Source: Candidatus Hodarchaeum mangrovi
Lineage (GTDB): Archaea > Asgardarchaeota > Heimdallarchaeia > Hodarchaeales > Hodarchaeaceae
Assembly: GCA_016839515.1 (NCBI GenBank)
Contig: JAEOUE010000060.1
Location: forward strand, 1-28,310
Direction: 5' to 3'
DNA length: 28,310 nt
Shown piece after piece: positions 26,964 through 28,310 of this stretch (the first letter of the stretch is position 1; the number at the start of each line of letters is the position of its first letter). The notes beneath the pieces are model-generated. The model was not told where the DNA came from and did no database searches. It was given only the letters and a program-made list of their open reading frames with translations. The position numbers and the translations under genes are program-made.

Positions 26964-27929
26964 ATGGACAGCACTATATTATTAACTGGAGCTGCAGGTT
27001 TTATAGGTTCACATACTTGTGAACGACTATTACAAGAAGATCATCAAATAATAGGAATAGATAATCTGAATAATTATTATGATCACCAATTAAAACATTA
27101 TAATCTGAAACACTTACAAAAGTATAATAATTTTCAATTCTACAAGGAAGATATTAGTAATTATAATAGCTTGAAAAGCCTTTTCAAGAAATATGACATT
27201 TCTAGAGTAATCCATCTTGCAGCACAGGCAGGTGTCCGTTATAGCCTTGAAAATCCTTTTATATATCAAAAGTCAAACGTGGAAGGGACTTTGAATCTGC
27301 TTGAGCTATGTAGACAAAAAGAAATAGCCAATATTATCTTTGCCTCCTCTTCCTCAGTTTATGGAGACCGAAATAAGGTCCCTTTCAAGGAAGGTGAATA
27401 TGTTGATAAGCCCGTATCAATATACGCAGCAACCAAACTAGCAGGAGAAGCCTTATGTTTTACCTATTCCCATCTTTATGATTTCAATATTAATTGTTTA
27501 CGTTTCTTTACTGTATATGGTCCCCGTGGGAGACCTGATATGGCTCCTCATAAATTTGTATACAATATTTTAACAAGGAAAACAATTAAGTATTACGATG
27601 TTCCTACTGGTCAAATTGCACGAGATTTTACATATATCGATGATATTATTGATGGAATTATGTTATCCTTAACCTATTGGAAGGGATTTGAGATATTTAA
27701 TCTAGGATTTGGCAACCCATTTCGGACAATAGATTTTATCAGGATAATAGAAGATCTAACAGGACTTAAAGCACAAATTGAGTTTATTGGACGACAACCC
27801 GGGGACGTAGCTATCACTTATGCTGATACAACTAAAGCTAAGACCCTTCTTGGATTCGAAGCCCACACATCGGTTAAAGAGGGGATGAGAAAATATTTAG
27901 AATGGTTTAAAGGCTATTACAATTTATAA
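26964..27929 (+). CDS. UDP-glucuronate 4-epimerase-like NAD-dependent epimerase (CapI-type SDR)
   Basis: TGAAGFIG, HLAAQAGVRYSLENP, ASSSSVYG, YAATK, RFFTVYGPRGRPDMA and RDFTYIDD. GGAGG SD. Confidence 0.9.
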   Translation: MDSTILLTGAAGFIGSHTCERLLQEDHQIIGIDNLNNYYDHQLKHYNLKHLQKYNNFQFYKEDISNYNSLKSLFKKYDISRVIHLAAQAGVRYSLENPFIYQKSNVEGTLNLLELCRQKEIANIIFASSSSVYGDRNKVPFKEGEYVDKPVSIYAATKLAGEALCFTYSHLYDFNINCLRFFTVYGPRGRPDMAPHKFVYNILTRKTIKYYDVPTGQIARDFTYIDDIIDGIMLSLTYWKGFEIFNLGFGNPFRTIDFIRIIEDLTGLKAQIEFIGRQPGDVAITYADTTKAKTLLGFEAHTSVKEGMRKYLEWFKGYYNL

Positions 27930-27935
27930 TTAAGC

Positions 27936-28310
27936 TTAAGAGCTTTTGGATCGTTTTAAATAACTTCCAATAGAACTATATCTTATATCTTTAGGGATTT
28001 CCTGTTTTACAAATACCCTTCGCCCATCAATAAAAATTTTCTGCTTCATTCCTTGGGTAATTTCCTGCAAATTGAGATTTTCATATTCTGGCCACTCTGT
28101 TAAAAGTAAACAGGCATCAGCTCCTTTAATACATTCAGAAATACTGGAATAGGGGATAACCTCAAATTTTTTGTATGGAAAGAGATCAATTCTCTCAATT
28201 TGAGGATCATGAGCACGTATAGTAGCACCAGAACGATATAATGCCTGAATAATATTAATACTAGGAGCTTCACGTATATCATTAGTCCCAGGTTTAAACG
28301 ATAAACCCAA
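27936..28310 (-). CDS. ugd: UDP-glucose/GDP-mannose 6-dehydrogenase, C-terminal part (truncated by window edge)
   Basis: LGLSFKPGTNDIREAPS, HDP, LLTEWPEY and IDGRR: the UDP-binding C-terminal domain. Confidence 0.88.
   Translation of the reverse strand: MGLSFKPGTNDIREAPSINIIQALYRSGATIRAHDPQIERIDLFPYKKFEVIPYSSISECIKGADACLLLTEWPEYENLNLQEITQGMKQKIFIDGRRVFVKQEIPKDIRYSSIGSYLKRSKSS

Noticed and set aside
489-28282. Short alternative-frame or antisense ORFs (489-689, 1542-1742, 3851-4060, 4272-4511, 6444-6641, 7362-7589, 7670-7870, 11696-12013, 13170-13424, 17411-17602, 19586-19786, 20933-21253, 24504-24722, 24584-24781, 25363-25575, 26000-26224, 28100-28282)
   Set aside because: All overlap well-supported genes and show no recognisable motifs; treated as shadow ORFs.
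1-28310. tRNA, rRNA, CRISPR array, transposase or integrase
   Set aside because: No cloverleaf-like GC-rich segment, regularly spaced repeats or recombinase motifs were seen.

Overview
AT-rich, gene-dense window, most likely from an archaeon. Asgard/Heimdallarchaeia-like is an inference from split cofG/cofH, GGTGA/GTGAT/GGAGG Shine-Dalgarno motifs, many TTG starts, a stand-alone receiver protein and a Ser/Thr-stalked, C-terminally anchored surface protein. The left end holds the F420 FO-synthase genes cofG (partial) and cofH plus a CheY-like receiver. The remaining ~26 kb is a surface-glycan locus in alternating strand blocks. (1) A mannose-related block: manC-type guanylyltransferase, Zn-finger membrane protein, UPF0104/AglD2-like flippase domain and a secreted GH47-like (alpha/alpha)-barrel protein with apparently degenerate catalytic motifs. 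(2) Hexapeptide acyltransferase, a GT2 that appears to need an ATT start, and a PIG-L deacetylase. (3) AsnB-type amidotransferase, candidate nonulosonyl transferase, GT4 and Wzx. (4) A legionaminic-type nonulosonic acid operon (neuC/legG, neuB, neuA, DegT aminotransferase, PglF-class dehydratase) with no N-acetyltransferase but with an inserted HAD phosphatase plus ATP-grasp ligase, followed by a DUF362 gene. (5) CapK/PaaK-like adenylating enzyme, UDP-glucuronate epimerase and partial UDP-glucose dehydrogenase. The best candidate for an undescribed system is an ATP-grasp/HAD route to a non-acetyl N-acylated sialic-acid-like sugar. No rRNA, tRNA, CRISPR or mobile element was seen. All family calls come from motif recognition by eye, not database searches.
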